The position numbers and the translations under genes are program-made. The notes beneath the pieces were generated by a model. The model was given only the letters and a program-made list of their open reading frames with translations, made no database searches and was not told where the DNA came from. Of a DNA stretch of 64,000 nucleotides, positions 40,520 through 54,104 are shown piece by piece; the stretch's first letter is position 1; every line of letters starts with the position of its first letter. Origin of the DNA: Paraspadella gotoi (Eukaryota > Animalia > Chaetognatha); NCBI GenBank assembly GCA_051294375.1, contig CM119269.1, positions 14,118,552-14,182,551 on the forward strand, written 5' to 3'.

Positions 40520-43500
40520 AGAGATTCATCCACCACATTTTGATTCCAGATACACACAACCTCAGCAAAGAGATCGAGCAAACTCAGTTCCAACTTCCGA
40601 CGATCGAATTTTCTAGAAAAATTTGCAAATCGAACTCGAGAAAAGATTTCGATTCGTCGTCGGTCGCTTGGGCGAAGGTATTAGCGGTCGGTCGGTCTGT
40701 TGGTCTGTCTGTCTGTTGAAATAATGCATAATAATGAATACGAAATCTTTGAAAGGGTCCCGGTAAATTTTCTTCGGATCTTAGTAAGAAAATAAGTTGA
40801 GCTAAAGAAAAGAGATTGATTGCGTTTCTTGTTCTAGTTACTATTTCAAGAATATTTAATGGAGGTTATAATTTTTCAAAATATATATTTATATATATTT
40901 GAAAAGATGGACGAGGCAATTGAAAAACTTTGGCGACTATTAACGTTGCGTCTAAGGTTCGGTACATATCCGACAATGACCAAGGTAAGTGGCCACAAAA
41001 GCGCTGACTCTGCAACGAGGACGAGCGACCGAGGATAACGTTCACGTTCAGTCAATTCGCTAAAACAGTAAAAAAAAGTGTCTGAAATGAAAGAAGGGAC
41101 CCCCAAAAATGGGGTAAAAACTTGTACTCATTAGTCCAAAAATAAAATAAAATCCTAAATTCCCGCCCTCGGTTCTCCCATTGCAGCTTTCGCTCTGAGT
41201 CAAATCTCGAATCCTTTCTACAAAGAAAGACTCAAACGCCTCGGAGTCAAGAAGCGAAAAAGATGCGTCGCCATTGACGACCATCGACCAATCGATGATC
41301 GATCCAAAGTCAGAAAATTGCCTCGATCAACACAAAGCGGGCTTTTGTGAACTCTACTTATTTGGATTTCGGGTGAGATGATGGGTATTACTCATTTATT
41401 AAATACACAAGCCTCCGACTTTGGACAATAGACAATGGACAAGCTATTGCGGATTCCATAAAAATTTAAAAAAGTAATGCATAAGTTAAAACATTTTATT
41501 TCATCAGTTGCCGATCTACATCGATAAGGACGAGACGTGTTGTCTTTGTCACACTTCGCTCCCATCGATTCTCGTCGGTTGTCGAATTTGCGGACTCGTC
41601 TACCATCAAAAGTAAGTCCTTGTCATCGTCGTCGTCGTCGTCGTCATTGTTGTCGTCGTCAAGACAAAGGCCCGATTGAGATGAGTCCCCCCGATTGTCA
41701 GGTGCCTTAAAGAAAAGCTCAATACGGCGTCGAACGAGTGTTCGAAAAAAAGCGATGGAGACGGCCTATGGCGAACAGGGATGGAGCCTGTCCCGAATGC
41801 GAAAATCTTGGTGAGAACAAAAATAACAACTAACAACAACGAACAACCAAGAACAACTTGAGCAAGAAAGAACAATAACAAAATAAATAACAAACCGAAA
41901 CAATCAAAACTAGCAATAATAAAAACTAGAGACAGCAACAGAAAACAAGAAAATTTAGAATAATAACAACAACAAACAACAACAAACTATAATTTTGAAA
42001 AAAAAAGAAAAAAAAAGAAAAAACAGTAACCAAGAGTAATCATCAAAATAGAAACAAACAAAAAACAAACAACGATGTAAAACAACCTGAAACAGACAAC
42101 CTCATCCGCGACCGGTTCCAGGTCTTCTCCTCGACGACGCGAGACACCACCGCATCATCGACGACTTCGAAGCGACTGCAGAATCCCTGGGACTGCAGCA
42201 TCTCCTTCGCCGATTGGGTCGCCAACAAGAAGACGGGAATTTCGGGTCTTGAACGAGAGAGAGATGCCGGCCGAGGTGCTGAGGGAGGTGCATGAGGACT
42301 TCGCCAACATCGATCCAGGTGGGTTAAGGGGAGGAGGGGGAAGGACGGAGGGACGGACAAAGGGGAGAGAGAGAGTGAAGAGAGAGAGAGAGAGCAAGAG
42401 AGAGAGAAAGAGAGAGAAGGGGGCTAAGAGACAGCTGTTCCATTTCACTTTCCTTAGACGGGAGCGGGAGTCTTTCCTGGATGGAATTCGTTGTGATGGA
42501 AAGTCTCAAGTCTTAAACCGAAGACCAAAATCGTCACTTCGTCGCTTTGCTTCATCCGCGCGAGGTTGAAGACTCGTGAGGCTGTGATGGCGTGAATGCG
42601 TGAGGACTTGAGAGCGAAGGACGGTTGTGATTCCATGTAATGTACGACTTGTAGATTGTTAATGATAGTGAAGGTCAAAACTAAAGACAAAATGTCATTT
42701 CTTTGTTTCTCAGATGTACACACTATTTAAAATATTTTCACAAACTTATGACTTTTTTCGAGTTTTATATCTTCCTTGGTTGATATTATTCTGTCTTCTT
42801 TTTCGTGGGACAAAAACTAAGAAGAAACAACGTTCTCACTATTCACAGTCACTAATAATAATATAATTTATTTTTTAATTCAAAGAATTCATATAAAGAT
42901 GTAAAAAACCAATGACAAATATAATCCTTTCACTCTCTTCAGGTTCTGCGACTTCGCAACATCTTCTCAGCCACGACATCACTGGGAACTCCATGGATGC
43001 CAAAGGTGTCGTCGACGCCGAAGGAGCGAAGAGGGTGAGCTCGAGAAAGGATTGGATTCATTGATTTATTTATTCGTAGTAAATTTATCTATAGATTTAT
43101 TGATTGTTTGCTTGATTAATTAATTAATTTGTTCGTTTTTTTTTTTGATGACATTTTTGAATGAAAAGTTGCGTGTTGCGTGTAATTTCGAGAAGAGGGG
43201 AGGCGGGAGGAAAGGTACTAGTGGAGTTTACCTTTGCGTAAATGTAAATTGTAGAAATAATTTTTGGTATTACTACTTTTTGGTAGTTTTTGTTCTCAAA
43301 TGTTTCACCGAAATCGATTGAGATCTATCAGTCGTATCGTAGACTGAGGATTAAGGAATATCGAGGAATAAGTGATAAATTCAAAGTTTGCTAGAAATTG
43401 TCAGCGACTTTCTTTGGAAACCAACGTGTAGAAAAAGAACCTTCCGTGAAACGTTTGGCTATTTAAAAAGCTCTTCGATCATCCGAGATCACGAATTACC

Positions 43501-44035
43501 ACTGATGCAAACATTAACTAGAACTAAGCTCGTCGATGGCATTAAGTACCCATAGTCGAAAGAAAACGGTCGCGAACGACAAAAAGCAAAAAACGGTTAA
43601 TGCATCTGGATCGGATGTTTTCTTTTCTTTCCTTCTTTCCCCCTGGGATTTTTAAGCCCGTCTCTTCTTTCTTTAAACTACTTTTTTTCTTTTCCTTTTT
43701 TTTCTTACTTTTCTATTTTCCGATTTCAGACTCAAAGAAAGAAAAACACAACTTTTTTTTTTTCCATTGGCCTCCGACGAACTTCATCTTTCTTTTAGTC
43801 TTTTCGTTCGACGACGAGAAAAAAAAGTCACGCAATCGCGAAACCTTTTTGTTTTTTTGTTTTTTTTTACATTTCTTTTCGACCGCGAATATCGATCGTT
43901 TGTCGTCGTCGTGCGATGAAACCCATTAACTCAGGGATTAAAACAACAACAACAACAATAACGTTGCATTGAAAACGGCGAAGAAGCACTTTTGCTTGTG
44001 GCGTTCGCAATCTTGGAAAGCACTATCAACTCTAA

Positions 44036-44079
<44 letters not shown>

Positions 44080-45116
44080 CCCGCCATGGGCGCCGCCGAC
44101 CTTTCCGCCTCCACCTCGACCCCCGGCGACGCTTTTCAGAACTTCAAACGTGCGGCGAGATTCGCCTCTTTTCTTCGTCCTCAAAGGACAGGGGTCGGGT
44201 GGGCGACGAGGACGACGAGAGCGGGGCGCGAACCCGAGATGTTCGCGTCGCGGGCCGACGACGACGACGCCGATCTGTCGAAATGGGAGAAGAGAGGAAA
44301 GGAGAGGGAGCGAACGAGGTCGTTGTTGTCGTTGTTATTGGAGTCGTTTTTGTTGGTTTTGTTTATGTTTTACTGTTTTATATGTTATTATTTTACTTGT
44401 TGTTTTTGTCGGTTAATTACTTGTTGTTTTTGATGATGATTTTCATGAGGTTCGTTATGATGGCGATGACGATTACGACTACAACTACAATGACAAAAGC
44501 TCTTGTCTTGTATCCAGTTGGGATTCTATGTTTTCTATATTTTATATATAAATTATATATGGGTTGTAGTCATCGTTGTCATCATCACGAACCTNNNNNN
44601 NNNNCATTATGATGGCGATGACGATTACGACTACAACTACAACGACGAAAGCTCTTACGTCTTGTATCCAGTTGGGATTCTATGTAGTACATCTGTAGCG
44701 GGCATTGTCCGCTGCACTCTTGAATATATTTATAAATTATATATGGGTCGTCGTCATCATCATCACGAACCTTGTGAAAATAAAAAACAGACATATTGTT
44801 TGTAATTAAACAACAAAAACAACACGTAATAATAACATATAAAACAGTAAAACATAATATTTATTTTTCAGTTTTTTACCAAGAATCTTGTAAAATGTCT
44901 TACGACAATGGTGCTGTAATGCTTTTATCAGTTAACGATTGATGGACAAGTCCATGCAGTTGATAATGATGTTCCAAACCCAAACCCCAAGTTCTTCGTC
45001 CCAAAGACGCGACGTCAACGTCGACGGAAGGAGAGGCTCGACCGCGGATCTGCAGCGGTTCGTCGAGAGGCGGAGATCTACAGTCGTGGTGCCGATGTTG
45101 GGATGGTGGCCGACGA

Positions 45117-45197
<81 letters not shown>

Positions 45198-47745
45198 CAT
45201 CCACCACATTTTGATTCCAGATACAACACAACCTCAGCAAAGAGATCGAGCAAACTCAGTTCCAACTTCCGACGATCGAATTTTCTAGAAAAATTTGCAA
45301 ATCGAACTCGAGAAAAGATTTCGATTCGTCGTCGGTCGCTTGGGCGAAGGTATTAGCGGTCGGACGGTCTGTTGGTCTGTCTGTCTGTTGAAATAATGCA
45401 TAATAATGAATACGAAATCTGTGAAAGGGTCCGTAAATTTTCTTCGGATCTTAGTAAGAAAATAAAGAAAAGAAATTGATTGCGTTTCTTGTTCTAGTTA
45501 CTATTTCAAGAATATTTAATGGAGGTTATAATTTTTCAAAATATATATTTATATATATTTTGAAAAAGATGGACGAGGCAATTGAAAACTTTGGCGACTA
45601 TTAACGTTGCGTCTAAGGTTCGGTACATATCCGACAATGACCAAGGTAAGTGGCCACAAAGCCGCTGACTCTGCAACGAGGACGAGCGACCGAGGATAAC
45701 GTTCACGTTCAGTCAATTCGCTAAACAGTAAAAAAAAGTGTCTGAAATGAAAGAAGGACCCCAAAAAAATGGGGTAAAAACTTGTACTCATTAGTCAAAA
45801 ATAAAATAAATCCTAAATTCCCGCCCTCGGTTCCTCCCATTGCAGCTTTCCGCTCTGAGTCAAATCTCGAATCCTTTCTACAAAGAAAGACTCAAACGCC
45901 TCGGAGTCAAGAAGCGAAAAGATGCGTCGCCATTGACGACCATCGACCAATCGATCGATCGATCCAAAGTCAGAAAATTGCTCGATCAACACAAAGCGGC
46001 TTTTGTGAACTCTACTTATTTGGATTTCGGGTGAGATGATGGGTATTACTCATTTATTAAATACACAAGCCTCCGACTTTGGACAATAGACAATGGACAA
46101 GCTATTGCGGATTCCATAAAAATTCCAAAAAGTAATGCATAAGTTATAACATTTTATTTCATTAGTTCGCCGATATACATCGATAAGGACGAGACGTGTT
46201 GTCTTTGTCACACTTCGCTCCATCGATTCTCGTCGGTTGTCGAATTTGCGGACTCGTCTACCATCAAAAGTAAGTCCTTGTCATCGTCGTCGTCGTCGTC
46301 GTCATTGTTGTCGTCGTCAAGACAAAGAGCCCCGATTGAGACGAGTTCCCCCGATTGTCAGGTGCCTTAAAGAAAAGCTCAACTACGGCGTCGACGAGTG
46401 TTCGAAAAAAGCGATGGAGACCGCCTATGGCGAACAGGGATGGAGCTGTCCCGAATGCGAAAATCTTGGTGAGAACAAAAATAACAACTAACAACAACGA
46501 ACAACCAAGAACAACTTGAGCAAGAAAGAACAATAACAAAATAAATTAACAAAACCGAAACAATCAAAACTAGCAATAATAAAAACTAGAGACAGCAACA
46601 GAAAACAAGAAATAATAACAACAAATAGTAAAAACAGTAACCAAGAGTAATCATCAAAATAGAAACAAACAAAAAACAAACAACGATGTAAAACAACCTG
46701 AAACAGACAACCTCATCCGCGACCGGTTCCAGGTCTTCTCCTCGACGACCGCGAGACCCACCGCATCATCGACGACTTCGAGCGACTGCAGAATCCCTGG
46801 GACTGCAGCATCTCCTTCGCCGATTGGGTCGCCAACAAGAAGACGGAATTTCGGGTCTTGAACGAGAGAGAGATGCCGGCCGAGGTGCTGAGGGAGGTGC
46901 ATGAGGACTTCGCCAACATCGATCCAGGTGGGTTAAGGGGAGGAGGGGGGAAGGACGGAGGGACGGACAAAGGGGGAGAGAGAGAGTGAGAGAGAGAGAG
47001 AGAGAGCAAGAGAGAGAGAAAGAGAGAGAAGGGGGCTAAGAGACAGCTGTTCCATTTCACTTTCCTTAGACGGGAGCGGGAGTCTTTCCTGGATGGAATT
47101 CGTTGTGATGGAAAGTCTCAAGTCCTTAAACCGAAGACCAAAATCGTCACTCGTCGCTTTGCTTCATCCGCGCGAGGTGAAGACTCGTGAGGCTGTGATG
47201 GCGTGAATGCGTGAGGACTTGAGAGCGAAGGACGGTTGTGATTCCATGTAATGTACGATTGTAGATTATTAATGATAGTGAAGGTCAAAACTAAAGACAA
47301 AATGTCATTTCTTTGTTTCTCAGATGTACACACTATTCAAAATATTTTCACAAACTTATGACTTTTTTTCGAGTTTTATATCTTCCTTGGTTGATATTAT
47401 TCTGTCTTCTTTTTCGTGGGACAAAAACTAAGAAGAAACAACGTGCTCACTATTCACAGTCACTAATAATAATATAATTTATTTTTTAATTCAAAGAATT
47501 CATATAAAGATGTAAAAAACCAATGACAAATTTAATCCTTTCACTCTCTTCAGGTTCTGCGACTTCGCAACATCTTCTCCAGCCACGACATCACTGGGAA
47601 CTCCATGGATGCCAAAGGTGTCGTCGACGCCGAAGGAGCGAAGAGGGTGAGCTCGAGGAAAGGATTGGATTCATTGATTTATTTATTCGTAGTAAATTTA
47701 TCTATAGATTTATTGATTGTTTGCTTGATTAATTAATTAATTTCG
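38608..47745 (+). repeat. Tandem direct duplication, two near-identical ~4.5 kb units (about 38608-43135 and 43136-47745)
   Basis: TTTTGATGACATTTTTGAATGAAAAGTT starts both units. Exons and introns recur in the same order. Differences are mostly 1-bp indels. Confidence 0.93.
39566..43034 (+). pseudogene. PHF24-like copy A: 3'-truncated and frameshifted (pseudogene or assembly duplicate)
   Basis: Same exons as copy B but lacks the last two and carries multiple 1-bp indels. Confidence 0.6.
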
Positions 47746-48041
47746 TTATTAATCTTTCGCAGGCTTATCGCGATTGGTTGAAAATTCTTCGTCTACCTTC
47801 CGAAAACGTCGACAGTTTAATGGATAGAAACTCAAATCTACAAACGTGGCAGGCCTTTCTCTTGGACAAGGTGAGGAAGAGAAGAGTAACGATGAGTAAC
47901 AATAATTATCAATGAGTAGAAAGACTTTAGTGTTTTTTGTTTCACAAGGCGCTCTGCGTTTTGGCTTCTCGACCGAACAGAGTCATGGGCGGGAATTACG
48001 TACGATACGCCGAGTCGTTGCGGAAACCAAGAATATTTTGA
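44086..48041 (+). CDS. PHF24: PHD finger protein 24 (KIAA1045/GINIP)-like, copy B, complete but with a few indels
   Basis: N-terminal MGAA (myristoylation-like). PHD CCLCHT..GCRICGLVYHQKCL..AYGEQGWSCPECENL, then LLLDDRETHRIIDDFERLQNPWDCSISFADW, EF-hand-like FANIDPDGSGSLSWMEF, RPKSSLVALL and C-terminal WQAFL..LASRPN. These match PHF24 motifs in order. About 13 exons; boundaries approximate. Confidence 0.78.
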
Positions 48042-49776
48042 GACATCACCGGAGCCTTAATTACATTTGCCAATGTCTTGTGTAAAAACTGCAATCGTAA
48101 ATTAATAATCGACTAAATTAATCGACGGACGTGAATTTTTCTTTTGTTGATACTGAAACTATTTTGCATATTTTCGTTGAAATAAAACAATATTCTTAAT
48201 ATAATTACTTTATTTTCTAATACCAAAAACCAAGTCTTGGATTCTTCAGTTAAAGTTTTAGTTTTAAATAAATTTTCATGTCAATTTGCCAAGTTTGAAA
48301 TTTCAAAGAAACGATTCTGCTCGCGTTTTAATAATCTTTGCATCGCAACTGGCGGAAAAGTCATTTTGATTTTAATTTTAAGCTATCCAGCGTACTACTA
48401 ATCATAAATCATATACAGTGGTGGGGAAGCAGGGTGGGTGCAGGCTTAAGAAGCGAGGGCCGCGCCGCCCGCTGGGTGGGACCTTCTCCCGGATTCCCTC
48501 TTTGAATTCGGTCGGCGGCGACAATCCGTTCATTTGCATAATAAACATTAAACAATAGCAGAAAAATTAGCATGATCTTTCTCTTTTTGCTTAAAAAGAA
48601 CAAGAAACAGAAATTTAGATATGTCGCGCAGCATTGACTTTGTTATACATATGCTTTTCCAGGTGATTACCTAACTGCATAAAGAGAAAATATTATTTTT
48701 GATTATTTAGTATAAATTTGTAATAATAATAATAAAATATATTTCTAAAGTATTAACTTTCTGATCCTATAACCATATGCTTATATACTTATATAACTAC
48801 ATACTATATAAGTCGGATATACAAGCATAAGCAGCGTTTAATTATTGCTCACCTTGGTCCATGCTACAAATTATTTATTTACAGCTAAGCAGTATATGTC
48901 AACTTTTTAATACAATTATCAGGAAATGATATGACCGCATAAGTATAAAACATGTATAGCACCTTTCTACTAAGTATTACCTAAAATATTGCAGAATTAA
49001 CTAAGTTATTAGCATTTGAATATTCGTGAGAAAAACCAACAAACTGACCGACCGACCGACTGATCGAAAAGTGACTTAAAGAGTTACTCTGCGTTTTTTC
49101 GTTAAACGCAATTTTAAAAAATCGGCTTTGGAGCTAAGAGGATTCGGCTCCGTTTTCTCTTAGAGATGAAAAGATCGAAAGATTAAAAAAGGTTAGAATG
49201 ACAACTAAACAAATTGGCACCGCGCGAAATTTAATAAATTACATATATTAAAGCGTAGCAAAAATATTAAAATCAAGTAGAATCAAAATTCGAATAGTAG
49301 ATCATGAACAGGCTTGTACCTGTGAAGATTTTTAAATAAAAAAAAATAAAAAAAATATTTTTCAATTTTTGCATACGCCCATATATTTATACATAATACT
49401 CACCACAGAAAATGTTAAAATTTTAAAATGGTTTTTTTTCAAATTTTTGAAAGCAGATTCGAATTTCTCACGAAAAAAACTGTTATAGTTAACTTATAAT
49501 TTAATTTTAGTATTAAAAAATATAGTTTTTTAAATTTTTTTTATGGTAAGCTTATTTATAAATACTATGTATAAATATTGGCTTATGCGAAAATTGATAA
49601 ATTAAAAAAAAATTATATATCAATGTTCTTCAGTACAAGATTGTTCATGAACAACTATTTGAATTATGATCTGCAACTTTCACTACGCCTTAATAGTCAT
49701 AAATCTTTATTTTGCGGTAGCAGGAAAAAAAATTCAAAAATAAAAAATTACAAAACCTGTTTAAAGAAGTAGAAAA

Positions 49777-50211
49777 ATGACTGGGTCGCGAACTTTAAAG
49801 ATTTTGACGTTTTTTCAATGGATTGTGTCTTGTTGCTGCTGCTCCTCTTCATCCTTCCTTTCGGGCGGGGCGTTTCCCTTTTTCCCCTCTTCTTCTTCTT
49901 CCTCCTCATCCTCATCATCATCCTCCACCGATTCCTGCGACCTCGACGCCCTTCTCGCCTGCCGCAACTTGGCCGCGATCGCCGCATCCTTTCCGCCGCA
50001 GCAACTTCCCGCTCACGTCCCGCCGCGTCTGGAGGAATGCCGCGGCGTCTTCGCATCCTGCGACGACGACGAAAGGCGCAGTCGGCGGTCGTTTCGTGGA
50101 GAGAGACTTGATCGAAGTTGGCTCGTGAAGTCGGCGGAGGCGTCGGAGGCAGCGGCGGCGCGGACAGCGTCAAAAGCTGCGGCTGAGGCGGCGGCGACGT
50201 TTTGGATTTAA
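49777..50211 (+). CDS. Hypothetical single-exon 144-aa protein, possibly a secreted peptide precursor
   Basis: An isolated GC/CpG-rich island in AT-rich flanks coincides with an ATG-to-TAA ORF (context AAAAATGA). Hydrophobic N-terminus, four spaced Cys, RRSRR basic site. No family recognised. Confidence 0.5.
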   Translation: MTGSRTLKILTFFQWIVSCCCCSSSSFLSGGAFPFFPSSSSSSSSSSSSSTDSCDLDALLACRNLAAIAASFPPQQLPAHVPPRLEECRGVFASCDDDERRSRRSFRGERLDRSWLVKSAEASEAAAARTASKAAAEAAATFWI

Positions 50212-50684
50212 TGAATTTAACGAATTTAACGATCGCAAAGGAGCCTCTAATTTAAACGAGATTGATAACTATATATTCTTCATAAACTGAGGAATTCAAT
50301 TAATAATTATTTATAACTGTTGATAATTATTATTAGACAAGTAATAATTGTCCATTTTTCGTAAACTGTGGACATCGAAAGTAGATGTTTCCTCATACCG
50401 GTTCCAGTCCGTCTCGGCCAGATTCGAGAATTGATAATATATGTTAATCTAACTGTTACCAAGTCGTTTTTTTATTTTATAATGTTTTAAAATTTAGGGT
50501 TATGCCCTTTAATCTGTTAATAATTTGACTCTAAGGTTGACAATATCCCCTTTTTAAAAGCCAGATTTGCTCACTTAATAATATTATATACCTTTTAACA
50601 ATTCTCTTATAACTTAAAGCATTGTACATATGTAGAGCTAGAGAGAAAGATGGAGAGAGAGAGGGCGCGAGGGAAAGTGTGTGT

Positions 50685-50797
<113 letters not shown>

Positions 50798-51562
50798 TAA
50801 CCTGTTTTTGTCCCTCTCAGTGCAAATAATAAACAGGTTTTGGCCCCTTGTCGCCCAATGAACCTCGCCAGATCACTCGCAAATTTTATTCAAACTTTTC
50901 CTCGTTGTTTAACGAAATTTATTAAATCGAAGTTTCAATGACACTTAAATTGAATTTCGATCTATAACGTACGTTACAGTAAATTTTTCGAAAATATTTT
51001 TCGAGCTACTTCGGAAGTAGAGCGTTGTTTACTGCACGGGATACAATGGGTACAGGTTTTTTGCAACTATTCACCTCCTCGTTCAAAATATTTCTGATGG
51101 TGCTGTAATCCTTTTTATAGTTATAATTATACTAACTTGTAAATTTTAAGTTGTCAAATGAATGAATCTACAACATATTGAATTTTTAAAAAACTGACTA
51201 CCCATTTCATTTTAAAGCAAAAACGATTAACTTTTTTTTTTTTTTTTCTGAAATAAAAGAGACAATTTGACAATTAAGACAATAAGAAGATTAAACGATT
51301 TGAAACAATATGACATTTAAACAATAAATGAGTATTGAGCAAGACTAATTGCACTAATGGCACTAAAAATAAAATTCAAGCAATTAAGGATCATTGCGGA
51401 CATTGCAAATTGGAAAAGTATTAAGTATATCAATGAAAATCATGAGTGAATATTATCATTATGGTTCCTAACCTTTACACTAGATTAAAAAAGGCTCGTG
51501 ATGCGAACGTTTGACCGACTCCTCATTCGATAAGCAAAGTATTATCAAAAATCACCGGCAAT

Positions 51563-54104
51563 ATGTTGAAAAAATATCATTTAATTTTCGTTTTTCTGCT
51601 TTTCATCGTCCTCGTTTTGGTCGTCACGGTTCTCAGAAATGAAAAATACCAAATAAAGTAAATTTATATTCCCTATCTTATTTATTGATTCTTTTTTTCC
51701 ATTTAATTATTTATTTATCCATTAATTATATTATTTAATTAATCAAAAATTAATTTAGACTTTAATTTTATTCATTTATTTCCCTTTCAACCTACTCCAA
51801 CGCCTAGAAATACACCACCTCCTCCTTCGGCTCAACCTAAAGTAGCACGTCCACCTTATCCTACATTTAAGCCTAAACTGGACACCTCCCCCTGCTCCCT
51901 ACATCTAAAGCTAAGATAACACCTCCACCACTCTCTCAACCATCTTCCTCTACCAAAAACCCCACCGCCCTCTCCCATAACCTCGCGCGCTCCTCTCCCG
52001 CCCGCAAAGTTGATCCTCCATCCCGCGCCCTCTCTCTGCCCACAACTGCTTTTTCACGGTTACCCGCTGCTCATCAAACAACGAAAAGGCCTGCGTCAAA
52101 AAAGGGGACAAATTGCGCCTTCTCTTCATGATCCTATCGACGTTCTGGAAACCGAGAGAAGAAGAGAGCGATCAGGGAAACCTGGGCGAGCGGTGCAAGA
52201 CATCGGACAAAATTAGGTGAGGGAGAGGAGAGAGAGAGAGAGAGAGGAAGAAGAGAGAGCTTGAATGCAATCATAGAAAACGTAGATTGGTTGGCAAAGA
52301 CATCGGACAATATTCAGGTGAAGAGGAGAGAGAGAGACAGAGAGAGAGAGACAGAGAGAGAGGGACTGACTGCAATCATAGAAACGTAGTTGGTGTGGCC
52401 TAATTGAAAATCCGGTGAGGGAGAGAAGAGAGAGAGAAGAGAGAGGAGAGAAAGACAGGGAGAGAGAGCTTTAATGCAAAGCATAAAATGTAATAGGTTG
52501 GTGTGGCAAAGACATCGTGACAAGAATTCAGGTAGGGAGAGAAGGGCAAGAGAGAGAGAGTCTTGATGCAATCATTAAAACATTGGATGGTGTGGCAAAG
52601 ACATGGACAAGATTCATGGTGAGGAGGAGAGAGAGAGAGAGCTTGAATGCATCATAAGAACGTAGATTGGTGCGGCCAAAAGACATCGGACAAACTTCAG
52701 GTGAAGGAGAGAGAAGAGAGATGAAAAAAAAAGAAGAAAATACTCATCAAACCCCCTTGTTTTCTCCCAGGTCGTTTTTGTGTTGGGCTCCTCTTCCCCT
52801 CCTCCTTCAAAAATCAAACTCGATGCCCTTCGTGCCGAGAACACCCTCCACGGAGATCTCGTGATGGCGGACGTCGTCGATTCCTATCAGAACATTACCA
52901 TCAAATCGGTATGTGAGGGGGGGGAACTTTGCGGACCCCCTCAACGGGTCGACGAGTGGCTGCATGACAAAAGGGCCACATCTTGGTGATTCTCATAAGC
53001 CACAGGATGCGGTCAGCAGTGCGTCTAAAGTTTCACTAGTTCATAGGCGCTGCGGAGAAGCAAAAATAGATCACAGAAATAAGACGAAGTAGAAAGCACA
53101 AATTATCCAACACCTCTGTAAATAAATAATCATTAACTCTTGACAGCTGGAGGGAGAAAATGATTATCGATGATGAAGGAATGAATTATCAATAAAATCT
53201 TCATTTTATCGTCATATGTCATTTACTGACAGGTGATTATGCTCAAGTGGGCGATGAACTTCTGCGCCAACGCGGACTTTGTCATTAAAGGCGACGCGAC
53301 ACGACATCGTCTACCACACGGACAATCTCTTGCGGCGCTCGACCCGTCGACGCGTCTCTTCCTTCGTCGGGGGGAAGGTCGTGCCGCACGACAGGGTCAT
53401 CCGGAGCCGCGGAGCAAGTGAGCTTTAGTGAATGGTGACGGTTAGCATTGCCCGAGTTCACCCCGTATAAATATAATGCGGCAGTTGTAACCCGGTGGGT
53501 CATTGAGTAAAGGCAACTAGGTACCGGGTCAATGCAAACCTGGTGCAAACTTTTTCGGGAAGCGAGAAGGACGCCGTAAACCGCCGATGGAACCTTAATT
53601 GGGCTACGAAGGCTTCTTCTTCAGACTTCTATCGTGAATGATACATTATTTAATAATATAATTTATATTAACTATTATCATTCATCGAAAATAGTAATCA
53701 TAGTCATCATGATACTACGATGTGATCGATTCATCTCATTTTTTATATTTTATATTTGTATTCTGTAATCTTTAATCATTAATATTAATATAACTTTATT
53801 ATTTTTGGAATCTTTCTCAGGTACTACATATCAAAGCGACAGGACAACTCGGCAGAACGCTAATTCATAGGAACTTTTTCCGGCATTTTCATCTCCTCGG
53901 CGTCGGGTATTACCGTTATGTCGACTGCCTGCCGTAGAGACTTATCGCGGAAGACGACGCCAAAGAGACGTTCCTTTTTCTCCCGCTCGAGGACGTTACA
54001 ATTACCGCGCTGTTTTTGTGCAGCACCTCCGGTTTCAAACTCACAGAATTTGAAGGGCGCCATCGATGCTAAATTTCTCATAAAAAACACTTCGCGGGGT
54101 GAAT
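51563..54104 (+). CDS. Beta-1,3-galactosyltransferase-like (GT31), sequence heavily frameshifted
   Basis: Type II anchor MLKKYHLIFVFLLFIVLVLVVTVL, RAIRETW (~52167), VVFVLG..ENTLHGDLVMADVVDSYQNITIKS (52771-52908), VIMLKWAMNFCANADFVIKGD (53233) and YYISK (53821). Dense indels suggest raw-read quality sequence or a pseudogene. Confidence 0.75.
52195..52722 (+). repeat. ~100-bp tandem repeat (about 6 copies) containing the exon end and splice donor AAGACATCGGACAA..CAG/GTGAG plus (GA)n
   Basis: aagacatcggacaa or close variants at ~52197, 52297, 52509, 52598 and 52680; gcaatcatagaaacgtag variants recur between them. Confidence 0.85.
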
